From: Bacteriovoracaceae bacterium
Lineage (GTDB): Bacteria > Bdellovibrionota > Bacteriovoracia > Bacteriovoracales > Bacteriovoracaceae
Length of the DNA: 34,688 bases
Direction: 5' to 3'
Assembly (NCBI GenBank): GCA_049599895.1
Contig: JBMYPC010000014.1
Coordinates: 1-34,688, forward strand
In this document: one piece after another, positions 27,384 to 34,688 of the stretch
Layout: the number at the start of each line of letters is the position of its first letter
Position numbering within the stretch: the first letter of the stretch is position 1
Made by a program: the position numbers and the translations under genes
The notes under the pieces: model-generated
Seen by the model: the letters and a program-made list of their open reading frames with translations, nothing else
What the model was told of the DNA's origin: nothing
Database searches by the model: none

Positions 27384-28388
27384 TTAATACTGACCTACGA
27401 GGTTAATTCCATATTGCCTCGAGGTTTGTGTATGAAAGTCATCATATGCACGTTCAAAAGTAAAAAGGGATATAGTAAAGAACCTAGTGTTAAGCTTTGC
27501 CAGAGTTCCAAGCAGAAATTCATCTTCAAAGAAAATATCAATCATAAAGAAGTCATTAAACTCTAATCCGACTCCACCCTTAATTGTGCGTGAAACATCA
27601 TAGTTCCCAACATATAAGGGAGAATATGAGAGGTACGCATCAAGCTTTTTAATGTCAAGGCCAAAGTAATTGTTTAGATTTTTGGATTTTACTCCTAGAT
27701 TAGTATCCCAGTAGTCAAAATCATTGGCAGAGATAGGCAATGAATTTAACTCGAAGACTAAATCAAGGTAATTCATTCGGTACTTGCTATTAAAGCTTAG
27801 TTCAACAAATGTTTTCCATGGTCTATTTTTTATTTTTGTATCAGGTTTCTTGTCTGCAAGTTGAGCTGCCGTAAATGATGAGTCTAGAACTCTTCTGCGT
27901 CCATAGATGATTCTTGGAATAAGAGTGAGCTTCTTCCCATAATTGAAAATATAAGATGAGGTCATCGTATAGTCTTGAAAAAGCATTCCTTGTAGTTCTG
28001 GAAATACAGGGTCATTAACAACCGCAATCGTACCTGCATTTGATGCAAAAGTTTGTGAAAAATTCTGGTAGCGATAACCAATTAATACTTTTGCAGAGGC
28101 ATCATAGGGTTGTCCAAAACTATTATCAAGTCTCGTTTGAATCCTATCTTGGTCTTTAGAGTCGATATCATCAATTACATCTGGAACTTCTGGATGAGTG
28201 GATGCAAATATATTGAATTTGAATTGCGGAAATGAGCGTTTATGATAGCGATAGAATGGTATTACCCATTCATTAGGTCTTTCATGCCCTGAAAGACGAA
28301 ACAGCCTTGACTCAATATAATTTAATTCTCTGGCATTGAGGCTCAAAGAAGCGAGTAATACAAAAAAACTCCCAATAACCTTTATCAT
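27384..28388 (-). CDS. Putative outer-membrane beta-barrel protein
   Basis: Signal peptide, alternating aromatic beta-strands, C-terminal YGINLVGQY. Confidence 0.65.
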   Translation of the reverse strand: MIKVIGSFFVLLASLSLNARELNYIESRLFRLSGHERPNEWVIPFYRYHKRSFPQFKFNIFASTHPEVPDVIDDIDSKDQDRIQTRLDNSFGQPYDASAKVLIGYRYQNFSQTFASNAGTIAVVNDPVFPELQGMLFQDYTMTSSYIFNYGKKLTLIPRIIYGRRRVLDSSFTAAQLADKKPDTKIKNRPWKTFVELSFNSKYRMNYLDLVFELNSLPISANDFDYWDTNLGVKSKNLNNYFGLDIKKLDAYLSYSPLYVGNYDVSRTIKGGVGLEFNDFFMIDIFFEDEFLLGTLAKLNTRFFTISLFTFERAYDDFHTQTSRQYGINLVGQY

Positions 28389-28428
28389 ATTGGGAGTTTA
28401 TCATTATACAGATTAATTTAGTAGGTGA

Positions 28429-29949
28429 TTATTCTTGCTCTATGTACTCTCTGACATTATCAATTATTTCTGGAGCTTTTTCTTCCATCTCTTTATCTTC
28501 TATTTCAAATGCTTCTTCAACCTCATCAGTATAAGGCTTAACATCAGCTTCAAGTTCTTCTGCATCTTTCCTGAGCATATCATTTAGCTTTTCATCGCTT
28601 GCAGTAGAGTTCACTTTCTTTTGAATATCCTCAAGGCCATCTTCTGTAATCTCTTCGATTTCTTTAGTTGCCTTTTCAGCTCTCTCTTTTAACCTTTTAG
28701 CTTCCTCTTTATCAATGTAGCTAAGTAGGGCCTTAACATCAGGCTCAGCAATTTTTTGTATTTGAGAGTTTTCGTACTCTGAAGATAATATCTTCCAAGC
28801 ATCTACTATAGTTTCAATGTTTGACTCTTTACTTTCAAGAAAGTCTTTAATGGGGCTAAAGTGTTTCTCCTGCATGGCTAAATCAATCGCTGATTCAGCT
28901 TCATTTCTTAAGTCTTCATCAAAGATTCTTTTTAGCTTTTCACTTTCCTGTGGATATTTTAAAACAACATTATCTAGAAAAAGTCTAGCAAGGATTTCAA
29001 GTCTTTCTAATCTTGCATCGACATCTTTTTTATTATCCTTAAAGCCTTTTACAATCGTGTTAACACTCTTTTTCGCATCAACTTCACCTTCGATTAGAAT
29101 AGAGGTTCTTTTGATACTATCTTCAAGGTTAAGAAGATCAACTTTGTCACTGACTTTAGCGATGGCAGTGGAAATGATCTCTTTGTTGTCTCGAATAATA
29201 TCTTTAACAAATTGTCGGTAATTCTTTGCTTTGCTCTCAATTTTAAGTTCAAACTCATCACTCTCAACGGTGTTTTTTATAAGGTTTTCAACTTTGCTTG
29301 TAACCGCTTTCAGCTTATCAAATGAGTTCTTAAATAACTGGTATGATTTGTAGAAGTCCTTAGCAAACAAATCACCCTTTACAATAAAGAATTTCTGAAT
29401 TTCATCTTCAGTATAACGTGTTCTATCTTCAACGATCTCTCGAATGAATGTAACACTTTCTTTAACGGTAACAAGTAATCTATAAGTATGGAGAACACCC
29501 CATTTGAAATTATTTTCACCAGAAGTTGAATAGGGATCAAAGCCTAGGTCTGTATAGAGAGTAATTGCCTGATCAAGTCTTGTTTTTTGTCTATTGCTTA
29601 GCTGTGGTACTTTTGACAGTGCATTTTCAATCTTTGCCAATAGTTCTCCTACCTTTCCCTGAAGCTTTGTCTTCTCAAGTTCTTTTATAAGACGACCAAA
29701 CTTAATGGCTTCAAATCCACCAGCACCTGCGTAAGCGTGGGCTAATTTAATTTTGATTTCTTTTCGCTCTAGATATTTTTCAATGGCCGACTCAAGGATT
29801 TCGATGGCCTTCTCATATTCTTTTGCATTTAAGTATGAATTGGCGACACTCATCTCTTGAACTTGCTGATCTTTAGTATTCTTTCCACATGAAACTAATG
29901 TGGTCGTTACAAGTCCAATTGTTAGTAAGGTTAAAATAAGCCTCTTCAT
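28429..29949 (-). CDS. TPR-containing helical lipoprotein
   Basis: Lipobox LVSC; TPR-like YEKAIEILE...LAHAYAG; acidic coiled tail; ATG 29949 after GGAG. Confidence 0.8.
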   Translation of the reverse strand: MKRLILTLLTIGLVTTTLVSCGKNTKDQQVQEMSVANSYLNAKEYEKAIEILESAIEKYLERKEIKIKLAHAYAGAGGFEAIKFGRLIKELEKTKLQGKVGELLAKIENALSKVPQLSNRQKTRLDQAITLYTDLGFDPYSTSGENNFKWGVLHTYRLLVTVKESVTFIREIVEDRTRYTEDEIQKFFIVKGDLFAKDFYKSYQLFKNSFDKLKAVTSKVENLIKNTVESDEFELKIESKAKNYRQFVKDIIRDNKEIISTAIAKVSDKVDLLNLEDSIKRTSILIEGEVDAKKSVNTIVKGFKDNKKDVDARLERLEILARLFLDNVVLKYPQESEKLKRIFDEDLRNEAESAIDLAMQEKHFSPIKDFLESKESNIETIVDAWKILSSEYENSQIQKIAEPDVKALLSYIDKEEAKRLKERAEKATKEIEEITEDGLEDIQKKVNSTASDEKLNDMLRKDAEELEADVKPYTDEVEEAFEIEDKEMEEKAPEIIDNVREYIEQE

Positions 29950-30144
29950 AGGTGTCTCCAAAGTCCAAATTAATTCTTTTTAGCGGCTGTGACATGCTGC
30001 GCAAAGAAAACATAGTGATTTCGAAAGGTTATGTAAGAATTACATGTCAAAACTATTGACGGTCTCTTATAGTTTCAAACCGAAATTACGAGAGCACGCC
30101 AAATCAATACCAAAAATCAAGGATCAAATCTTTGAAGCGAAGAA

Positions 30145-30207
30145 GTACGTGGTTACCTTTGGGACCACGTGCATCCAACGCGACAAGTCCCACAAGTAAC
30201 CACGTAC
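30145..30207. repeat. REP-like long palindrome
   Basis: GTACGTGGTTAC (30145-56) and GTAACCACGTAC (30196-207) form a perfect 12-bp inverted repeat with inner TGGGAC/GTCCCA arms. Confidence 0.8.
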
Positions 30208-30214
30208 CTATTTT

Positions 30215-30321
30215 CAATTCATAGAGGTCTTGATAACCGTAATAAGATTTCTAAAGAATTGGGCCTAAGTTATTCAAATGTTTGGTCTGTTTTCAATGAT
30301 TTTAAGTTAGTTGAGAAATTT
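30215..30321 (+). pseudogene. 3' fragment of a paralog of gene 32549..33202
   Basis: IHRGLDNRNKISKELGLSYSNVWSVFNDFKLVEKF versus IHRGLDNPNKISKDLGLSYSNVCSVFKDFKLVKQF (33075-33181). Confidence 0.88.
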
Positions 30322-30511
30322 GTGATCAAAAATAAATCAGAGGCGTGCCAGAGGCCCAACTAACGATACATATCTCTTTTAACTGCTTGAAACTGCGACC
30401 TTTCTTTCTTGAGACTTAAACTGTCTATCCAGTTGATTTCACGGAGAATTGATCCACACTCTAAAACATGATATAATTTACATGATTTATTAATCATGTT
30501 TTGGAGAACAA

Positions 30512-30970
30512 GTGCCGATACCTAGATTAGAAGCTAACGGAGAACTACCAGAAGGTATCTATGATGCAACAATAGAAGAAGTTAGAAAAGCCTTTGGGCA
30601 ATCCTCTGATAGAAGGAAATTGTTAATGGGAGGGCTTGAAAGGGCCATAGACCAGTTTCAGAAAGTTAATGTGAGTGCGATCTATTTAGATGGGAGCTTC
30701 ACTACAGATAAGAACAAGCCTAATGATATTGATGGCTGCTGGAGTTCAATAGGCGTAGATGAGAGCAAGCTGCACTTGTTGGATAATGATTTTTGGAAAT
30801 TTAATTCTGCCAAAGATGCACAAGTAGGTAGGGATAATATAAAGAAAAAGTTTGGATTAGATTTTTTTATAGCTGAAGAAATTGAAGGTGCTTCGGGAAA
30901 ACCTTTTCCTGAGTTCTTTCAAACAAATAGAGATGGATTTAAAAAAGGTATTATTCGCATCAATTTATAA
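30512..30970 (+). CDS. DUF6932-like nucleotidyltransferase-fold protein
   Basis: GELPEGIY, YLDGSFTTDKNKPNDID and C-terminal KGIIRI motifs. Confidence 0.82.
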   Translation: MPIPRLEANGELPEGIYDATIEEVRKAFGQSSDRRKLLMGGLERAIDQFQKVNVSAIYLDGSFTTDKNKPNDIDGCWSSIGVDESKLHLLDNDFWKFNSAKDAQVGRDNIKKKFGLDFFIAEEIEGASGKPFPEFFQTNRDGFKKGIIRINL

Positions 30971-30982
30971 GAGAGGTGTTTT

Positions 30983-31411
30983 ATGATAACAAGCACACAA
31001 CAATTAAATGCTACAAAAAAGCAAATTTCTATGCTTCAAGAATCTTTGCTAGAAAAGAAAGAAAGTAGCAACTCTATTTTAGCTAGGTCAGCAATGTTTC
31101 AAGTTGAGGCTCAAATTACGGAGCTAGAGAATGAAGTTGAAGAGTATGAAAATCTTAAGAGAAAAGGAATTGAAGCAATTGATGTTGATTCTCTTGAGTT
31201 TGAGGACCTATTATTAATCCCAATAAAATATAGGATTGCTACTAATCAAAGTTGCGAGGAGTTTGGAAGAGAAGTACAAGTTGCAGGCAGGGCTATTCTA
31301 AAGTATGAACTAGAAGAGTATGCTAACGTAAATGTTGCAACTCTAAAAAAGATTTTTAGCAAGATTCCTTTGAAATTAAATATAGGCTTAAAGGAAGCTG
31401 AACGAGCTTGA
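30983..31411 (+). CDS. Coiled-coil plus XRE-HTH protein (putative antitoxin)
   Basis: MITSTQQL N-terminus, LENEVEEYE and degenerate XRE HTH (YRIA..YELEEY); typical partner of DUF6932. Confidence 0.72.
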   Translation: MITSTQQLNATKKQISMLQESLLEKKESSNSILARSAMFQVEAQITELENEVEEYENLKRKGIEAIDVDSLEFEDLLLIPIKYRIATNQSCEEFGREVQVAGRAILKYELEEYANVNVATLKKIFSKIPLKLNIGLKEAERA

Positions 31412-31479
31412 GGGGATAAAAATTTAAATAAACACAAGTTTGAAGCTGAAATATTTTTCCAAAAATACGGATCAATAAA

Positions 31480-31755
31480 ATGACCACAAATAAAAGCAAT
31501 TACACAGAAGCAGAAAGAACCATTCAAATATCTCCAGGAGAAATGGTTAAACACCTTAGAGAAGCAAAAGAATGGACGCAAGATGATCTCTCGAGTTATA
31601 CGGGCATTGCAAAAATAGAAATCAATGCAATTGAGAATGATGAAATTGAAGTTGAGAAGCAACTCTCAATACAACTGGCCAAAGCTTTAAATGTTCATCC
31701 AGCATCTATTATGTATGCAGACTATTTTGAACAAATCTTGAATGATTTAGAATGA
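31480..31755 (+). CDS. XRE family HTH regulator
   Basis: SPGEMVKHLREAKEWTQDDLS...LAKALNVHP. Confidence 0.88.
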   Translation: MTTNKSNYTEAERTIQISPGEMVKHLREAKEWTQDDLSSYTGIAKIEINAIENDEIEVEKQLSIQLAKALNVHPASIMYADYFEQILNDLE

Positions 31756-31891
31756 GAAAAAACCTAATAATTCAGTGTCAGATTGTCTCGCTGGTTGAAT
31801 TTTAAAAACCTAGCTTGTAACTAGCCGAAAAGACTTTGCACTAAGTTCACAATATCTTGAAATCAAACAATTTGAGTGGCATAAAGAATTC

Positions 31892-31949
31892 AACTAGTTT
31901 CGCGTAAGCGACTAGGAATCTCCTTCATTCATGTGGGAGAGGACGTCAA
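31892..31949 (+). mobile_element. IS200/IS605-family right-end (omega-RNA-like) remnant
   Basis: CTAGT-TCGC-GTAA-GCGA-CTAG hairpin, then GAATCTCC...GGGAGAGGACGTCAA, resembling IS605 ends (GAATCCCC...GGGGAGGATGTCAA); no tnpA or tnpB present. Confidence 0.65.
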
Positions 31950-32016
31950 CAAGTCTAAAATTAAAAAGGTTGCCAAAAGGGTAGTGAGGTATCATATATT
32001 ATGATATCATATATAC

Positions 32017-32556
32017 ATGAATATCTCTGATGTGATTAATGAATTTGACGTGTTCCTTTCCAAGAAAAACATCTCTTTTGAGGCTGTGATTATAGGTGGA
32101 GCTGCTTTAAATCTTATGAATATCACTTCTAGAGTAACAAGAGACGTAGATTTTTTAGATCCATCAATTCCAGAAAACATAAAAAAAGCATCTATAGAAT
32201 TTAAGAATCATATTAAAAACAAGCTTTCATTAGATCATGACTGGATTAACAATGGCCCAGAGTCTCTAAAAAATGACCTTCCAAAAGGCTGGAGAGACAG
32301 GTGTGTGGAAGTCTTCAATGGAAAATGCTTAATCCTATTCACTCTTGGAAGATTAGACCTTTTAAAAACAAAGCTATACGCATACTGTGATCGTGACACA
32401 GATTTCGACGACTGTATTAAACTAAATCCAACACTCGAAGAGATAAATCAATGTTTACCTTGGGTGCTTGAGGGTGACGCATCCGAATTATGGGAATCGA
32501 GAGTTAATGAATCAATATTGAGACTTAAGGTAGAACTAGGCTTAACAGATGAGTAA
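32017..32556 (+). CDS. DUF6036-like nucleotidyltransferase
   Basis: IIGGAAL, TRDVD, WINNG and KL-A-DRDTDFDD motifs. Confidence 0.82.
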   Translation: MNISDVINEFDVFLSKKNISFEAVIIGGAALNLMNITSRVTRDVDFLDPSIPENIKKASIEFKNHIKNKLSLDHDWINNGPESLKNDLPKGWRDRCVEVFNGKCLILFTLGRLDLLKTKLYAYCDRDTDFDDCIKLNPTLEEINQCLPWVLEGDASELWESRVNESILRLKVELGLTDE

Positions 32557-33202
32557 TCTTTATTCAAAATTATCTTCTATTGGTTTTTTAGTGTCATCTT
32601 CAAAAAGAGAAAGTGAAACAAACGACATTGAAAATGTGTTATTAGATGCTCTTTATGAGGTAGATAACGACTCAAGAATGCTTTCACTCATATTTTCTTG
32701 GGCAAGCATCCACGGGGATTACATTATCGCTGACAAGTTTTTTAGAGCATATAAAGAACGAGTTAAATACTTGGGTGAATGTCCTTGGTTTAATGCCCTT
32801 TGTGCCTTTTTGGTTCATTCTAAAAATCATAAATTTAAAAAAGGTTTAATTAAACAAAAAAAAGAAACCTGGGTAGGTGATAGAGTATCTGAATCATCTA
32901 GAAAACTACATGGCACCATAGATTACTTAGAAGCTCTAAACATAATAGTTCCAAAGAAATTCATTCGAATTAGAGAGTCTGACTGCTTATCAAGGGAAGA
33001 TTTAATCAATCAAAATATTCAGTATCGATATCGGTATCTATATGGCGTTAATTGGAGATCTGAAATTATTTATGCAATTCATAGAGGACTGGATAACCCT
33101 AACAAAATATCTAAAGATTTAGGACTAAGCTATTCTAATGTGTGCTCTGTATTCAAGGACTTCAAGCTTGTTAAACAGTTTACTGAAAATGAATTTTATT
33201 AA
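32549..33202 (+). CDS. Hypothetical partner protein with C-terminal HTH
   Basis: 8-nt overlap with the nucleotidyltransferase; NPNKISKDLGLSYSNV HTH. Confidence 0.75.
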   Translation: MSNLYSKLSSIGFLVSSSKRESETNDIENVLLDALYEVDNDSRMLSLIFSWASIHGDYIIADKFFRAYKERVKYLGECPWFNALCAFLVHSKNHKFKKGLIKQKKETWVGDRVSESSRKLHGTIDYLEALNIIVPKKFIRIRESDCLSREDLINQNIQYRYRYLYGVNWRSEIIYAIHRGLDNPNKISKDLGLSYSNVCSVFKDFKLVKQFTENEFY

Positions 33203-33258
33203 CTTCCAAAGGTGCGCCACCGCAACTTCCTGCAAAATAACTAGGTGACCAAAGTGCA

Positions 33259-33999
33259 TTGCCCCAATTCTGGTTTGAAGATATTTGGGGAATCGGGTCA
33301 GCATCATCAGCTAAATTAAAAGCACTCGGTATCAAGACGGCTAAGCAATTTAGAGACTATGAAAATGGTCGCCAAATTAAGAGAATCTTTACAAAAGTAG
33401 GTCTTCAAACAAAAGAAGAGCTCAAAGGTCATCCAAGATTCAAGTTAGAACTCAAACCTGCAAAGAAAAAAGAAATTATGTGCTCAAGAACATTTGGAAG
33501 TTCTCAGTACGATATCGAGGCCCTTAAAGAATCCATAGCTAATTATACTTTCGATGCCATGGAGAAACTTCGTAATCAAGAATCAGTTTGTAACAAAATT
33601 GATATTTTCTTTAGAACAAGCCCCTTTAAGAATACCCCACAACATTACGCTTATAAGCAAATTAAGGTTTCAGGGGATACTGGTAACAGCTTAAGGGTTA
33701 TAAAATACGCCCTTTCAGCAGTTGAAGAAATCTTTAGATATGGCTTTGAATACAAAAAAGCTGGTGTAAGGATAGGGGGGATTAAAGACGAAAACTTTTC
33801 TCAGTTAAGCCTAATCGAAGAAAATGACACTAGTGAATCAAAAGAACTAATGAAGGTTATAGACAAGATTAATCGAATCTATGGCCCAAGAACCATCAAA
33901 TCCCTTTCTTGCGGAGTAAATAATGAGGCCTGGAAGATGAACCGTGAGTTTAAATCTCCAAGCTATCTGACTGGTTATGGAGATCTCCCCAAAGTCTAA
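33259..33999 (+). pseudogene. umuC: N-terminally truncated Y-family DNA polymerase V subunit
   Basis: Homology starts at EDIWGIG (HhH); SRTFG, YKKAGV and C-terminal WKMNREFKSPSY are present; the catalytic N-terminal domain is missing. Confidence 0.88.
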
Positions 34000-34020
34000 A
34001 TGACATGTTAAGATTAATGC

Positions 34021-34596
34021 ATGAACAAATACTACATATTATTGATAACTATACTTTGCTCATGTGGTCTTGTTGAACCAGAAAAGAAAGAGAATAAACA
34101 AGAATCGAGTGAGCCACAATCGACTTACAGGCACAGAAACTTGAATGAACTTGATCGGAATTGGAAGGCAAGGGCCTTGCAAGCAGAGGAGTTCTTAGAA
34201 ACTATCACTAAACGTCTAGATAATAACGAATTATCTGATTATGAAGAGTGTAAATACATGCTGGAGTCTGCATTTTATCAACGCATAAACCCAAATAATG
34301 AAGCTCCCCTAAAATATGAAAGTAATGATGGAGTCTCGTATGCACTTACATTACTTCCATATTCTCTAGAAAAAAATCAGGATACATCAATGGCAGTAGT
34401 TGCATTTCACTATGATAAAAATGGAAACTATTATGCTTCATCATTTAAAACTGATGGTACATACTGGGAACAAAGAAAGGTGCTCAAAATACAATGGGGA
34501 TACTTTCTAATAAGCAATGGCTGTTCGTATTTTATAGACGAGCAAGAACCATTTAGAATTAAAGCCATAGAAAGAAAAGAAATGCCAATAATCTAA
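34021..34596 (+). CDS. Hypothetical lipoprotein
   Basis: Lipobox-like ILCSC after a hydrophobic N-terminus. Confidence 0.72.
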   Translation: MNKYYILLITILCSCGLVEPEKKENKQESSEPQSTYRHRNLNELDRNWKARALQAEEFLETITKRLDNNELSDYEECKYMLESAFYQRINPNNEAPLKYESNDGVSYALTLLPYSLEKNQDTSMAVVAFHYDKNGNYYASSFKTDGTYWEQRKVLKIQWGYFLISNGCSYFIDEQEPFRIKAIERKEMPII

Positions 34597-34688
34597 ATCT
34601 ATTTTCTCTTAGATTTATGAAAGTTTATTAAATTGAAAAAATTTTGATCTGATCGGACATTCCGAGAAATCTGGTAGGTTTATTTCTT

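Noticed and set aside
33203..33214. CTTCCAAAGGTG (LPKV) resembling the umuC C-terminus
   Set aside because: Too short to distinguish from chance.
1..34688. CRISPR arrays, tRNA or rRNA genes
   Set aside because: No regularly spaced repeats or recognisable tRNA/rRNA sequences seen by eye.

Overview
AT-rich bacterial window; gene content and style suggest Bdellovibrionota (Bacteriovorax/Halobacteriovorax-like), which is inference. 1-5.3 kb is core: a partial SurA-N/PpiD-type chaperone divergent from mreC-mreD-mrdA-rodA. The most interesting part (about 5.4-24.5 kb) looks like an undescribed quorum-sensing-like circuit with exchangeable signal modules. A sigma-54 NtrC-type response regulator is coupled to a 73-aa stand-alone His-phosphoacceptor protein and followed by two -24/-12 promoters: one drives a strongly structured RNA, the other a 27-aa and a 79-aa membrane peptide. 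Two convergent cassettes follow, each with signal-synthesis enzymes, an exporter, a periplasmic binding protein and a paralogous hybrid histidine kinase. Cassette A (flavin halogenase, RarD/EamA, O-methyltransferase, LivJ-like SBP, kinase) is bracketed by a perfect 102-bp direct repeat. Cassette B has an unannotated 22-aa precursor-like peptide, a stand-alone LanM-type dehydratase (DUF4135, frameshifted at an A8 run), an OppA-like SBP, a kinase and MFS exporters. The layout recalls Vibrio LuxPQ-LuxU-LuxO-Qrr but uses different parts. The right end holds an M14 carboxypeptidase, secreted/outer-membrane genes, REP-like palindromes, two nucleotidyltransferase+HTH (TA-like) pairs, an IS200/IS605-type end and a truncated umuC.
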